This document shows, one piece after another, positions 1 through 10,388 of a DNA stretch of 64,000 nucleotides. Both the position numbers and the translations under genes were made by a program. Under the pieces are notes generated by a model that was not told the DNA's origin, made no database searches, and was given only the letters and a program-made list of their open reading frames with translations. Positions within the stretch are counted from its first letter, which is position 1; every line of letters begins with the position of its first letter. Origin of the DNA: Bacteroidia bacterium (GTDB taxonomy: Bacteria; Bacteroidota; Bacteroidia; Chitinophagales; Chitinophagaceae); the NCBI GenBank assembly GCA_030429205.1, contig JAUICZ010000001.1, positions 422,806 through 486,805 on the forward strand, read 5' to 3'.

Positions 1-2
1 GA

Positions 3-284
3 CAATCGCCTATTGATTTGGCAGCTTCTCGTGCAGCCAACGAAGAGGTACTGGTACCTAAACAGTATTATACCAACCAGGTGCCTGCATACTTCCGTAC
101 AGATGTTGGCATCTACTATAAGATCAACCGTAAGCGTGCTACACACAGTATACAGCTAGAGATACAGAACGTGACCAACAGAGATAATTTCTACTATTCG
201 TATTACGATAATGATGCAGGAGATATAAAAAGGGTGAACCAGTTAGGCATCTTCCCGAATATCGCCTACCGTATAGATTTTTAA
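3..284 (+). CDS. TonB-dependent outer-membrane receptor, C-terminal fragment (gene starts upstream of the window)
   Basis: The reading frame is open from the window edge. The C-terminus ends ...IFPNIAYRIDF, with the terminal aromatic residue typical of beta-barrel TonB-dependent receptors, and is rich in Y/N/R. Confidence 0.5.
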   Translation, partial: QSPIDLAASRAANEEVLVPKQYYTNQVPAYFRTDVGIYYKINRKRATHSIQLEIQNVTNRDNFYYSYYDNDAGDIKRVNQLGIFPNIAYRIDF

Positions 285-309
285 TAGGGGTATACTACGC
301 AGATCCTGG

Positions 310-344
310 CCGTGCAATAGTCTTATTGCGCGGCTTCTTTTTTT
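310..344 (+). terminator. rho-independent terminator
   Basis: 9-bp stem (CCGTGCAAT/ATTGCGCGG, one G-U pair) followed by a T8 run immediately after the receptor stop. Confidence 0.6.
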
Positions 345-401
345 ATGAAAAGGGGTGAAAATACCCTATTCTTTCATATAGCATATATCTACATTTACAG
401 T

Positions 402-1799
402 ATGAAAAACCAGATACTCATCATCGTACTCGTATTAGCCGTAATAGCACAAGGCTGCAATGGAAACAATTCAGACAAATCAGATACTCCACTTGATAAC
501 GCCGGAGCGACAGCTACCGGCAAGTTCCTGATCATGTCTGATGTACATTTCAATCCTTTTTGTGACCCGTCTATCGTAGACCAGCTTACCAAGACAGATT
601 ACAAAGGCTGGCAAAAAGTATTTGAATCAAGCTCTGATTCTTCTTACGGACCTTATGGTACTGACAGCTACTATCGCTTAATGGTAAGCGCTTTTGAAGA
701 AATGCAAAAGCGAAACAGCAACCCCGACATGATTATTATTAATGGTGATTTTATCTGTCATCAGTTTGAAAGTGTTTTCCTGCAGCATACAGGAGAAACA
801 AACCGAGATTCACTACGATCATTCATTCGTAAAACAGTGTCCTTTGTATTCCTGATGCTGGATCAACATTTCCCTAATACACCTGTACTACCTGTATTAG
901 GTAATAACGACGATTATTGCGGAGACTATCATATACAACCCGATGGCCCATTCTTGTCATTCTTTGCCGGACAAACGAAACCACTACTGCGCAATATGCA
1001 GCAAAGCGATTACCTTAAAACCTTCTCAAAAGGCGGTTATTACAAAGTAGCAATGCCGTGGGATGACAAAACCGTTTTCATAGGGCTAAACACCATATAT
1101 TTTTCTACAAACTATGCTAATGTGTGTGACTCAGCTGACACAGCTAATGCAGGGTGGGACGAATTCAACTGGTTGAAAAAGACACTGGCCGACTGTAAAA
1201 GTAAAGGAGAAGACGTTTGGTTATCATACCACATACCTCCGGGGATGGATATTTACAAATCTTCGAAAGCAAAACCATGCGGTGCGCACGAAATGTGGAA
1301 ACAACCCTACAACGATTCTTTCCTGAATCTTGTAAACCGCTACAGTGATATCATCAAAGGTAATTTTGCAGGTCATACACATATGGATGAGTTCAGAATT
1401 ATCTCTGACGGCAAAAAACTGACTTCATTCGTACACATTACTCCCGCTATCAGCCCGATATTTGATAACAACCCCGGTTTTGTTGAAATAACATGGGATC
1501 CTAAAAAGCTGGAGTTGATCAATAGTGTTACATACAGGTTCAAAGGAATCCAGACAAAAGGAGATAATACATGGGCAGAAGAATATAACTATGGTAAAAC
1601 GTATAACATCCCTGCCATCAATGCCAAAACGTTGGCAAAAATCTGGAAGAAGATGGAAACGGATTCAGCAACACGTGCACACTATATGCATTATTATTTT
1701 GTAAATAACCCCGCTGAAATACCGACGCCATGGAAAGCTTATTGGTGTGGTGCCCGGTTCCTCCGTGCCGACGGTTTTGTCAAATGTAACTGCCAATAG
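402..1799 (+). CDS. calcineurin-like metallophosphoesterase lipoprotein (acid-sphingomyelinase-like phosphodiesterase family)
   Basis: Lipoprotein signal MKNQILIIVLVLAVIAQGC. Metallophosphoesterase motifs are present: IMSDVHFN (DxH), GDF..H, GNND, HIPP and GHTH. Start chosen at the second Met (402) because of the signal peptide. Confidence 0.7.
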   Translation: MKNQILIIVLVLAVIAQGCNGNNSDKSDTPLDNAGATATGKFLIMSDVHFNPFCDPSIVDQLTKTDYKGWQKVFESSSDSSYGPYGTDSYYRLMVSAFEEMQKRNSNPDMIIINGDFICHQFESVFLQHTGETNRDSLRSFIRKTVSFVFLMLDQHFPNTPVLPVLGNNDDYCGDYHIQPDGPFLSFFAGQTKPLLRNMQQSDYLKTFSKGGYYKVAMPWDDKTVFIGLNTIYFSTNYANVCDSADTANAGWDEFNWLKKTLADCKSKGEDVWLSYHIPPGMDIYKSSKAKPCGAHEMWKQPYNDSFLNLVNRYSDIIKGNFAGHTHMDEFRIISDGKKLTSFVHITPAISPIFDNNPGFVEITWDPKKLELINSVTYRFKGIQTKGDNTWAEEYNYGKTYNIPAINAKTLAKIWKKMETDSATRAHYMHYYFVNNPAEIPTPWKAYWCGARFLRADGFVKCNCQ

Positions 1800-1837
1800 A
1801 CTACGGAGTATTTTCTTTGTACTTTTGGTGCCCGAAT

Positions 1838-2824
1838 ATGGTGCTGAAGGACAATCACGGAAGAACAGTTAACTACTTGAGGCTGGCGGTAACAGACAGG
1901 TGCAACCTGCGCTGCTTTTACTGCATGCCCGAACATGGTATAGACTGGTTGCAGCGTAAGGAATTAATGACTTATGAAGAGATGCTGCAATTGTGCGAGA
2001 TACTTGTACCCATGGGTATTGAGAAGATACGCATAACAGGCGGCGAGCCATTTGCGCGTAAAGACTTTATGCAGTTCCTTATTAAACTATCCGGGATTAA
2101 AGGGCTTAAAGAATTAACCTTGACTACCAACGGTGTATTGACGGCACCCTACATTCCAGAGTTGAAACGTATTGGTATCAAAGCAGTAAACCTAAGTCTG
2201 GACACACTGGACCAAAACAGGTTCTTTGCCATCACACGCAGGGATGAACTGGACAAGGTATTGCACACCATGCATGAGTTGCTAAAACATGATATTCATG
2301 TAAAGCTCAATGCGGTAGTAATGGAAGGTAGAAATACCGAAGATATTATACCCCTTGCAGCTTTAACAAAAAACTACCCTATTGCAGTACGATATATCGA
2401 GGAAATGCCGTTTAATGGAAATGGCGAATATAAAGGTTTAGCATGGGATCACATCAAAATACTGGATGAACTAAAAACCACCTACCCCGACATTCAAAAA
2501 ATAGCAGACCCTCAATATTCAACATCTTACAATTACCAGATACCTAATCATAAAGGAACGGTAGGCATCATAGCAGCATATACACGTTCTTTTTGTGGTA
2601 GTTGTAACCGTATACGTATTACACCACAAGGAGATTTGCAAACATGCTTATATGCAGATGGCAGTTTGAACGTAAAAGACTTATTACGCGCTCAACAAAC
2701 TGCTGAAGATATACAACAAGCCATTAAACAGGCTATTTTAAACAAAGACAAAGACGGACGCATTGCAGAGCAAAAACGTGCTGCAACAAGTTCTCAAACA
2801 TCTATGGCTTCAATAGGAGGATAA
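1838..2824 (+). CDS. moaA: GTP 3',8-cyclase MoaA (radical SAM)
   Basis: YLRLAVTDRCNLRCFYCMP CxxxCxxC radical-SAM motif and a C-terminal CxxC..C cluster (FCGSCNRIRITPQGDLQTC). Start set at an internal Met by alignment with the MoaA N-terminus. Confidence 0.85.
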   Translation: MVLKDNHGRTVNYLRLAVTDRCNLRCFYCMPEHGIDWLQRKELMTYEEMLQLCEILVPMGIEKIRITGGEPFARKDFMQFLIKLSGIKGLKELTLTTNGVLTAPYIPELKRIGIKAVNLSLDTLDQNRFFAITRRDELDKVLHTMHELLKHDIHVKLNAVVMEGRNTEDIIPLAALTKNYPIAVRYIEEMPFNGNGEYKGLAWDHIKILDELKTTYPDIQKIADPQYSTSYNYQIPNHKGTVGIIAAYTRSFCGSCNRIRITPQGDLQTCLYADGSLNVKDLLRAQQTAEDIQQAIKQAILNKDKDGRIAEQKRAATSSQTSMASIGG

Positions 2825-2825
2825 T

Positions 2826-4031
2826 ATGATCAGTGTACAAGAAGCAGAACAAATCATACTTTTTGAAAGCAGAGATTTTGGAATAGAAGAGGTAGAACTG
2901 GCTGCTGCAACAGGCAGAGTATTGGCCGAAGAAATAAAAGCAGACAGAGACTTACCACCATACAACCGAGTAACTATGGATGGTATAGCCATACACTACT
3001 CTGGTTTTGAAAATGGTAACAGAACCTTTTCTGTAAAGGGCACACAAGCAGCAGGAGACCAACCAATTGAGATAGACAGTTATAAAGAGTGTGTAGAAAT
3101 AATGACTGGTGCATCGCTACCCATATCTTGTGATACGATCATTCGTTATGAAGATCTGACGATTGAAAATGGCACAGCAACCATCAATATCGATAACATC
3201 AGGCAAGGACAAAATATTCATTACAGAGGTATTGATAAAAAAGAAGGTCGGGGTTTATTTAACAGTAACCATATCATCACCCCTGCAATGGTTAACACTC
3301 TGGCGTCTGTAGGCAAGCATATTGTAACCGTTAAGAAATCACCTAAAATAGTCGTACTCTCGACAGGTGAAGAGTTGGTAGATATAGATGCTACTCCTAG
3401 CCCCTTCCAGATTCGTCGTTCAAACAGTCATACCATAAGTGCCGTATTACAGCAGTACCACATCACTCCAACACTGATGCATGTGCAAGATGTAGAAGCA
3501 GACATCCTAGCTACACTCGGCAAATGCCTGCAAGAATATGACGTGCTTATTTTAAGCGGTGGTGTATCTATAGGTAAATACGATTACCTGCCAACAGCAT
3601 TGGATAAGCTTGGCGTAGAGCAGCTATTTCACAAAGTAAAACAACGCCCGGGGAAACCATTTTGGTTTGGCACTAACCCTGAAAGGAAATGTGTATTCGC
3701 TTTCCCCGGCAATGCCGTTTCTGCTTTCATGTGTATGTATAGGTATTGTGTTCCTTGGCTGAACAAAACTTTGGGGTTACCCGAGCAAAAACTATACGCT
3801 GTGCTTGATGAGGATTATCGGTTTGATAAACCTTTACAATACTTTCTACAAGTACAGCTTAGCAGTAACGAACAAGGGCAACTGATAGCTACCCCATCAG
3901 AAGGAAATGGATCGGGAGATTTTGTGAACCTGCTACACACACAGGCATTTATGGAACTGCCCGAAAAACAAACTAACTTTAAAAAAGGTGAAGCATATAG
4001 AATATACCCTTACCAACCAATTGTATCATGA
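2826..4031 (+). CDS. moeA: molybdopterin molybdenumtransferase MoeA
   Basis: 401 aa with MoeA-like architecture (LSGGVSIGKYDY, PGNAVSAFM motifs); sits in the Moco operon. Confidence 0.8.
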   Translation: MISVQEAEQIILFESRDFGIEEVELAAATGRVLAEEIKADRDLPPYNRVTMDGIAIHYSGFENGNRTFSVKGTQAAGDQPIEIDSYKECVEIMTGASLPISCDTIIRYEDLTIENGTATINIDNIRQGQNIHYRGIDKKEGRGLFNSNHIITPAMVNTLASVGKHIVTVKKSPKIVVLSTGEELVDIDATPSPFQIRRSNSHTISAVLQQYHITPTLMHVQDVEADILATLGKCLQEYDVLILSGGVSIGKYDYLPTALDKLGVEQLFHKVKQRPGKPFWFGTNPERKCVFAFPGNAVSAFMCMYRYCVPWLNKTLGLPEQKLYAVLDEDYRFDKPLQYFLQVQLSSNEQGQLIATPSEGNGSGDFVNLLHTQAFMELPEKQTNFKKGEAYRIYPYQPIVS

Positions 4032-4504
4032 GTGAGTTAACACATTTAGACGAGCAAGGACGTGCCAACATGGTAGATGTTGGCGGCAAAGCTGTAACCA
4101 AAAGAACAGCAAAGGCACGTAGTATAGTATACTTGCCCGAAGCTGTTTTGACACAGTTGGTGGATGGCGACATACAAACCAAGAAGGGATCCGTTTTTCA
4201 AACAGCGATCATAGCAGGCATTATGGCAGCTAAGAAAACAGGCGAACTAATTCCGCTGTGCCACCCTTTGGGTATGGACAACTGCAACATAGATATTCAA
4301 CTGAATGAACAGAGTGAAGTGGTAATAGAATGTACTGCCAGTATCACCGCTAAAACGGGTATTGAGATGGAAGTGCTCACAGGTGCATCTGTAGCCGCAC
4401 TTACCATCTACGATATGTGTAAAGCACTGAGCCATGATATTGTAATAAAAGAAACCAAACTGATAGAGAAAACAGGAGGTAAGCGTGACTTCAAAAGAGA
4501 CTAA
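4028..4504 (+). CDS. moaC: cyclic pyranopterin monophosphate synthase MoaC
   Basis: 158 aa; THLDEQGRANMVDVGGK...CHPLG motifs characteristic of MoaC; 4-nt overlap with moeA. Confidence 0.85.
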   Translation: MSELTHLDEQGRANMVDVGGKAVTKRTAKARSIVYLPEAVLTQLVDGDIQTKKGSVFQTAIIAGIMAAKKTGELIPLCHPLGMDNCNIDIQLNEQSEVVIECTASITAKTGIEMEVLTGASVAALTIYDMCKALSHDIVIKETKLIEKTGGKRDFKRD

Positions 4505-5096
4505 ATTATACGGACTGGTACTGGCGGGTGGTAAAAGCAAGCGCATGGGGCACGATAAAAGTGTGATCAACTGGCATGGTAAAGAACAACGCTACTATGC
4601 TGCTGACCTGTTGCAAAAGTTCTGTGATAAGGTCTACATTTCTTGCAGAAAAGAGCAAGCGGATGATATAGATAAGAACTACGCGACCATTACAGATAAG
4701 TTTGAAGATGCAGGACCAAACGTAGGCATCTTGTCTGCATTATCAGAGCATAATGATGTAGCATGGCTGGTTATTGCCTGCGACTTACCGCTGATAGATG
4801 AAACTACTTTACAACACCTGATCGATAATAGAGATACCAGTAAAGTAGGGACTACTTATAAAAGTCCGCACGACGGGTTACCTGAACCTTTAATTACGAT
4901 ATGGGAGCCAAAGAGTAAAGAGGTTTTGTTGTCTTTCAAGGAGCAAGGATTTTTTTGCCCGCGCAAGGCACTCATCAACAGTGATACCTTGATCATTGAG
5001 CCGGAGAACCCACAAGCACTCATGAATACCAACACGCCTGAAGAGGCAGAAAAAGTAAAAACCATACTGGAACATAAAATGAATACTGTTGAGTGA
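4485..5096 (+). CDS. mobA: molybdenum cofactor guanylyltransferase MobA
   Basis: LVLAGGKSKRMG nucleotide-binding loop of MobA; 203 aa; overlaps moaC. Confidence 0.8.
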   Translation: MTSKETKLYGLVLAGGKSKRMGHDKSVINWHGKEQRYYAADLLQKFCDKVYISCRKEQADDIDKNYATITDKFEDAGPNVGILSALSEHNDVAWLVIACDLPLIDETTLQHLIDNRDTSKVGTTYKSPHDGLPEPLITIWEPKSKEVLLSFKEQGFFCPRKALINSDTLIIEPENPQALMNTNTPEEAEKVKTILEHKMNTVE

Positions 5097-6135
5097 CTGG
5101 ATCAGATATAGTTGCCAGATAGCCTTACCAGATTTCAACGAACAGGCACAAGAAGCACTTAGCCATGCTAAAGTTCTGGTAGTGGGCATGGGTGGTTTGG
5201 GCTGCCCTTGTGCACAGTACTTAGTATCATCAGGCATTGGGCATATTGGGTTAGCAGATTTTGACATCATCAATCGTAAGAACCTGCACCGCCAAATACT
5301 ATATACACCTAACGAAATTGGCTTAAAGAAAGTAACCGTAGCAGCTGCAAAACTACAAGCACAAAACCCTGACATAAGCATATCTGCATACGACACAGAA
5401 CTACATAGTAACAATGTCGTGGACATAATATCTGACTATGATATTGTAGTTGATTGTACAGACAACTTTGACACTCGCTATTTACTGAATGATGCCTGTG
5501 TGCTTACCAACAAGCCTCTAGTATACGGAGCCATCTATCAATACGAAGGACATGTTTCTATATGGAATGTCACCAATGATGATGGCACACAGTCCCCTAA
5601 CTATAGAGACCTTTATCCTGATGTAAATGCTGCTGCTGTGCCTAATTGTGCAGACGGTGGGGTGCTACCGACAGTAGCAGGCATTATAGGGATTGCTCAA
5701 GCTAATGAGGTGATACAACTCATCACCAAAACAGGAGAACCATTAGTTGGCAGACTGTTTATCTTCGATGTACAATCCATGCGCAGTCGAATAGTCACGT
5801 TAGGTACCACTACTAAAACTAACATAACATCATTAGCACAAAGCATACCGGTAAAAGAAATAGACGTTGTAACACTACAAGACTCTATTAAAGATTATAT
5901 GCTGATAGATGTACGTACTACTGAAGAGCGCAACACGTTCCATATAGGTGGTATGCATATTCCTCTGGCAGAAATACAAGCAAATGACATTGATCTGGAA
6001 GAAGCTGTAGTGTGTTATTGTGCAACAGGCATCAGGAGTAAAGAGGCGGTTAAAATACTAAGCCAACAAAATCCTGATACAGAGATACATTCTTTAAAAG
6101 GCGGACTTGAGGCTTGGCAAGAGTTAGTTGGCTAA
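5089..6135 (+). CDS. moeZ: molybdopterin-synthase adenylyltransferase/sulfurtransferase (MoeB/ThiF domain fused to rhodanese domain; MoeZ-type)
   Basis: ThiF/MoeB Rossmann motif VLVVGMGGLGCP and a CxxC pair; C-terminal rhodanese domain with the active-site Cys loop VVCYCATGIRS. Confidence 0.8.
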   Translation: MSDWIRYSCQIALPDFNEQAQEALSHAKVLVVGMGGLGCPCAQYLVSSGIGHIGLADFDIINRKNLHRQILYTPNEIGLKKVTVAAAKLQAQNPDISISAYDTELHSNNVVDIISDYDIVVDCTDNFDTRYLLNDACVLTNKPLVYGAIYQYEGHVSIWNVTNDDGTQSPNYRDLYPDVNAAAVPNCADGGVLPTVAGIIGIAQANEVIQLITKTGEPLVGRLFIFDVQSMRSRIVTLGTTTKTNITSLAQSIPVKEIDVVTLQDSIKDYMLIDVRTTEERNTFHIGGMHIPLAEIQANDIDLEEAVVCYCATGIRSKEAVKILSQQNPDTEIHSLKGGLEAWQELVG

Positions 6136-6548
6136 GGATGTGCCGCTACCCAAACTTCTCCATCTTCAAAAATTTCTTTCTTCCAGATAGGCACAGTCTC
6201 TTTCAAAGTGTCAATGATATATCTGCATGCGTCAAAAGCAGCATCTCTATGCGCTGCAGCAACTGCAATGACAACAGGTATATCTCCTATACCTAACACT
6301 CCTACCCTATGGTGTATCAGCACATTTTCAATAGGCCATTTTTTTTTTGCCTGTTCGCCCAGCTTCTGCATCTCTTTTAAAGCCATACGCTCATAGGCTT
6401 CAAACTCTAAACGAACTACCTGTTTGCCTTTTGTAGCATTGCGCACAGTACCGATAAACACATCTATTCCACCACAGCTAGGCGACAGTACCTTGTCAAT
6501 ACACGCTTGTGTATCCAATGTTTTATCCGATATTTTTACTTCTATCAT
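6132..6548 (-). CDS. moaE: molybdopterin synthase catalytic subunit MoaE
   Basis: 138 aa; MoaE-like sequence (GAIVTFxGxVR-like FIGTVRN, ...HRVG); convergent with moeZ. Confidence 0.8.
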   Translation of the reverse strand: MIEVKISDKTLDTQACIDKVLSPSCGGIDVFIGTVRNATKGKQVVRLEFEAYERMALKEMQKLGEQAKKKWPIENVLIHHRVGVLGIGDIPVVIAVAAAHRDAAFDACRYIIDTLKETVPIWKKEIFEDGEVWVAAHP

Positions 6549-6787
6549 TAACCGCCGCTTACTGGTGGGATAATTGCTATTTCGTCTTGTTGAGTAATAG
6601 GTGTTTTGTCATTAGCATATTCATCATTTACTGCAACCATGTATGATGACAACTCTTTTAGCTTTGGATACTTTACTTCCAGAGCATTCTTTAAGCCATC
6701 CGTATCATTACTCTCAATATCAATACTGATTGACGAACTGCCGAATATCTCTTTTGCTATCCCAAATGCCAATACTTTTACCTGCAT
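6548..6787 (-). CDS. moaD: molybdopterin synthase sulfur-carrier subunit MoaD
   Basis: 79 aa ending in the Gly-Gly C-terminus (PPVSGG) required for thiocarboxylation; immediately upstream of moaE on the same strand. Confidence 0.8.
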   Translation of the reverse strand: MQVKVLAFGIAKEIFGSSSISIDIESNDTDGLKNALEVKYPKLKELSSYMVAVNDEYANDKTPITQQDEIAIIPPVSGG

Positions 6788-6797
6788 AACTACACTT

Positions 6798-7547
6798 TTA
6801 AACCGGCCAATGCTTTACCAGCACATTTACACCTGCCAAAAATACTAATAGTGCCGTTACCCTTCTTACCACCATACCATTAAACTTAACCGCGGCTATT
6901 CTACTACCCAATTGACCACCTACCAGTACTGCTGCACAAAGCAACAAAATTCGCTGCATATTTATTTGCTGGGGCAAATGAGACAGCTGACCTGCAATAC
7001 CTGATAAGGAGTTCACCAATATAAACACACTGGCAGTAGCCGCTATCTTCTTAGGCACATCCCATTTCATCAAGTTCAGTATAGGTGAAAGAAATATACC
7101 ACCACCTATACCTACCATACCCGACAAGAAACCTATAGCACCACCTATGATACTATTTCCTGCTACGCTAGTCTTAGCAACATCTTCATCGGTACGCATG
7201 CGCGTTTTTACCCAAAGCAGTATCGCTGCAACTATCAGGCTTATACCTAAAATCACGAAAAATGTAGTTTGGCTGATTCTCAATGTAGCTCCTGCATATG
7301 CTGCGGGAACACTAAGCACTACCAGAGGCAACACCTTTTTAAAGTTCACCTTTTTATGTTTCACATAAATGATGACACCACCTGTAACCACTATCACATT
7401 ACATACCAGTGCAATCAAGCGCATCTCTGTAAATGGTATGGCATACAGTGAAAGTAGTGCCAGATAGCTGGAGCCCCCACCAAAACCAACAGAAGAGTAT
7501 ATAAATGCAATGAATCCGAATAGAAAAATCAACTCCCAATGAAGCAT
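6798..7547 (-). CDS. TauE/SafE family sulfite-exporter-like membrane protein
   Basis: 249 aa; two internal repeats of glycine-rich TM helices (GFGGGS..., GIGGGIF...) typical of the TauE/SafE 4+4 TM family. Confidence 0.65.
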   Translation of the reverse strand: MLHWELIFLFGFIAFIYSSVGFGGGSSYLALLSLYAIPFTEMRLIALVCNVIVVTGGVIIYVKHKKVNFKKVLPLVVLSVPAAYAGATLRISQTTFFVILGISLIVAAILLWVKTRMRTDEDVAKTSVAGNSIIGGAIGFLSGMVGIGGGIFLSPILNLMKWDVPKKIAATASVFILVNSLSGIAGQLSHLPQQINMQRILLLCAAVLVGGQLGSRIAAVKFNGMVVRRVTALLVFLAGVNVLVKHWPV

Positions 7548-7741
7548 TTGCTAAAATAACTACTAAGAGACAAACATGTTAATAAACCTCTGCTCCTCTC
7601 TGATAGTATTATTTTTTTATTACTGTTTCTCCCGTTGCAGCCAATAGAAAACGTACATCGTTTTGAATATTAGTATAGCAGTATTTTAATAACTATTTTA
7701 GCCGCATATTTATTTATCTAACACAAGGTTTAGAGTAAAAG

Positions 7742-9295
7742 ATGAAGAAGCACCTTCATTCCATTATACTGGCTATAAGCATATTGATTCACCTTAGTTT
7801 TTCATTAGGTGCTGTCAGTAATTCTTTATTTGGCTGGCACGAGTATCGCAAAACACAAACAGCACTTACTGTGCAGTACTTTGTAAAAGAAGGTGTTAGT
7901 CTAGACTATAAAACCCCTATTGTTGGTGCTCCATGGAAAGTACCTATGGAGTTCCCAACCTATCAAGCAATAGTATACTGGGTACATTCTGTTTTTGGTG
8001 GCAACCTGGAGGCAGAAGGACGTATTGTATCTCTTATCTTCTTCTACTTGTCATTATTCATTATATATAGGTTTCTGGCCAAGCTGAATATTACTTCTAA
8101 GAACAATATCAAGCTGATTATTACCGGAATAATACTCTCTAACTATTATTTATACTGGGGTGGAGTGTTCTTAATTGAAACAACAGCCCTATTCTTCTCT
8201 GTATGGTATTCGTATATATTATACATCAATACTATAGAGAAAGAAAGAGTGAAGATCACCAGTTGGCTGTTCCTGCTGATAATTGGGCTGATCGGTATGC
8301 TCACCAAGGTAACAGCTTTCATTCCTATAGCGTTCACCATACTGGTAGCTATCGGGTTGCACATACTTTCAAAAAATAGTTTTGCAACTACATTTAAAAA
8401 GCTACTCATCCCTTGTATTACTTTCCTGATTTGTGTTGTAATGCAATACTGGTGGGTTACATATTCAGATAATATCAAACTGGAAAACCCTATTGCTAAA
8501 CAATGGGCATCTTCAGAGATCAGAGCATGGAACTTTGGCACCTTACAACAACGCTTAACACCAGCTCAATGGACTCATTATTTTAACGGACTGGGACATT
8601 ATGTATCAGCATTATACGCTTTAGTATTTCTAATAGCAGGCTACAACTCTTTTAGAAATAAAAGAATACTTGGTTTTAATATTGTACTACTTGCTATATT
8701 CTTTTCAGGACCTTTGTTATTCTTCAACCTATTTAAAGTACATACCTATTATAGCATTGCTACCAATTTGTTCTTTATCATATTTATGTTCTTCAATATA
8801 TTAGAACTAAGGAATACTATTGCAGATAAACTGGTAGCACCAAAACTAAAATTAGCAGGCGTTACATTTTTGATCTTGGGCATATTTGCTTTATATAGCT
8901 ACAGGATATATAACACGGGGTATAAAGACAAATACTACACATCGCGCCCGGAGAACAACCCATATAACGAATTCATTGACTATATGACTAAACATACAGA
9001 CAGTGATGCTTATTTTGTTATGTGTGGCAACAAACTAAACTCTAACCTAACTTATTACATGGATAGAAAGTCTATAGACGCTACTATAGACTATATTGAC
9101 AATCGCGATATAAAAGATATGTTATTGAAAAGAAATGGCACTGCCCATTTTAATGGTATCATCAGTTTTCAAAGCGATACAACTTTAAAAAAATCAGTCG
9201 CCGAACTTTGGCAGGTAAACCCGCAACCTTCATACAAGTGCAGGATATATGATAATAGCGGTATTTTACCAGACTGGCTTTGTTATTTCAAATAA
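7742..9295 (+). CDS. GT-C superfamily glycosyltransferase (family 39 / ArnT-PMT-like, lipid-linked-sugar dependent)
   Basis: 517 aa polytopic membrane protein. N-terminal TM helix followed by a periplasmic loop with acidic/aromatic residues. The overall topology resembles ArnT/PMT_2 4-amino-arabinose/mannosyl transferases. Confidence 0.5.
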   Translation: MKKHLHSIILAISILIHLSFSLGAVSNSLFGWHEYRKTQTALTVQYFVKEGVSLDYKTPIVGAPWKVPMEFPTYQAIVYWVHSVFGGNLEAEGRIVSLIFFYLSLFIIYRFLAKLNITSKNNIKLIITGIILSNYYLYWGGVFLIETTALFFSVWYSYILYINTIEKERVKITSWLFLLIIGLIGMLTKVTAFIPIAFTILVAIGLHILSKNSFATTFKKLLIPCITFLICVVMQYWWVTYSDNIKLENPIAKQWASSEIRAWNFGTLQQRLTPAQWTHYFNGLGHYVSALYALVFLIAGYNSFRNKRILGFNIVLLAIFFSGPLLFFNLFKVHTYYSIATNLFFIIFMFFNILELRNTIADKLVAPKLKLAGVTFLILGIFALYSYRIYNTGYKDKYYTSRPENNPYNEFIDYMTKHTDSDAYFVMCGNKLNSNLTYYMDRKSIDATIDYIDNRDIKDMLLKRNGTAHFNGIISFQSDTTLKKSVAELWQVNPQPSYKCRIYDNSGILPDWLCYFK

Positions 9296-9309
9296 TTAAA
9301 ACATTAAAT

Positions 9310-10371
9310 ATGCGCATAGTAATTACAGGAGGTGCCGGATTTGTAGGTTCTAACATTGCACTGCAATTAAAAAATAAGTATCCGGATTATGACATCACTG
9401 TATTTGATAATCTAAAAAGGAGAGGTTCTGAGTTTAACCTGGTAGACTTCATGCAAAACAACATTAAGTTCATCCATGGCGACATCAGAAACCCTGAAGA
9501 TTTAGAACAGATAGACGAGTTCGATTTTATGGTAGAAGCTTCTGCTGAGCCTTCTGTTATGTCAGGATTAGACGGTTCTCCTGCTTATGTTATTAATAAT
9601 AACCTAACAGGGGCTATCAATTGTTTTAACCTATGTGCTAAATACAAAGCAAAATTGATCTTCTTGTCTACCAGCAGGGTATACCCGATCAGCACCATAG
9701 AAAATGCCAACTTTATTGAAGAAGCTACTCGCTTCTCATTTTCTGACGATCAGAAAACCGCAGGCATCAGCTCTAAGGGAATCTCTGAAGACTTACCGCT
9801 GGATGATGCACGCTCTTTCTATGGTACCACCAAATTAGCTGGAGAACTGTTGGTGAAAGAATATCGCGAGTTTTATGGCGTACAGTCTGCCGTTACCCGC
9901 TTTGGTGTCATTGCAGGTCCTCGTCAAATGGGTAAAACCGATCAGGGTGTGGTGACACTATGGATGGCCAAGCACTTCTGGAATAAAAAATTGAGTTACA
10001 TCGGCTACGGTGGTACCGGTAAACAGGTAAGAGATATTTTACATGTAGACGATTTAGTACGCCTTGTAGATATGCAACTACATCAAATAGAGAAGTTCGA
10101 CGGAAAGGTGTTTAATGCAGGTGGCGGGTTAACAGGCAGTGCCTCTTTGCAAGAGATGTCTGCTATTTGCGCTGAAATAACCGGAAACACTATTGAGATC
10201 AGCTCTGTAACAGAGAACAGGCCAGCTGACTTACGTATCTACATATCAGACAATACAAAACTGGAACAGGCTACAGGTTGGAAACCCGAAAAATCTGTAA
10301 AAGATATCTTTACAGAAATATACGACTGGATCAAAGCGAACGAGGCTACATTGAAACCAATTTTGAGCTAG
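9310..10371 (+). CDS. NAD-dependent sugar-nucleotide epimerase/dehydratase (extended SDR)
   Basis: N-terminal Rossmann motif MRIVITGGAGFVGSN, a YGTTK catalytic YxxxK, and GTGKQVRDILHVDDL. Start moved to the Met that begins the Rossmann fold. Confidence 0.8.
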   Translation: MRIVITGGAGFVGSNIALQLKNKYPDYDITVFDNLKRRGSEFNLVDFMQNNIKFIHGDIRNPEDLEQIDEFDFMVEASAEPSVMSGLDGSPAYVINNNLTGAINCFNLCAKYKAKLIFLSTSRVYPISTIENANFIEEATRFSFSDDQKTAGISSKGISEDLPLDDARSFYGTTKLAGELLVKEYREFYGVQSAVTRFGVIAGPRQMGKTDQGVVTLWMAKHFWNKKLSYIGYGGTGKQVRDILHVDDLVRLVDMQLHQIEKFDGKVFNAGGGLTGSASLQEMSAICAEITGNTIEISSVTENRPADLRIYISDNTKLEQATGWKPEKSVKDIFTEIYDWIKANEATLKPILS

Positions 10372-10388
10372 GGTTTTAGCAACAAGTA

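Noticed and set aside
345-401. Upstream Met (345) as start of the metallophosphoesterase
   Set aside because: The 19 extra residues precede a textbook lipoprotein signal peptide that begins at the second Met (402), and the terminator of the upstream gene occupies 310-344. Start at 402 preferred.
6114-6848. Plus-strand ORFs overlapping moaE/moaD (60, 62, 80 aa)
   Set aside because: They lie antisense to moaE and moaD, which are supported by the GG terminus and their Moco-operon context, and their translations are low-complexity.
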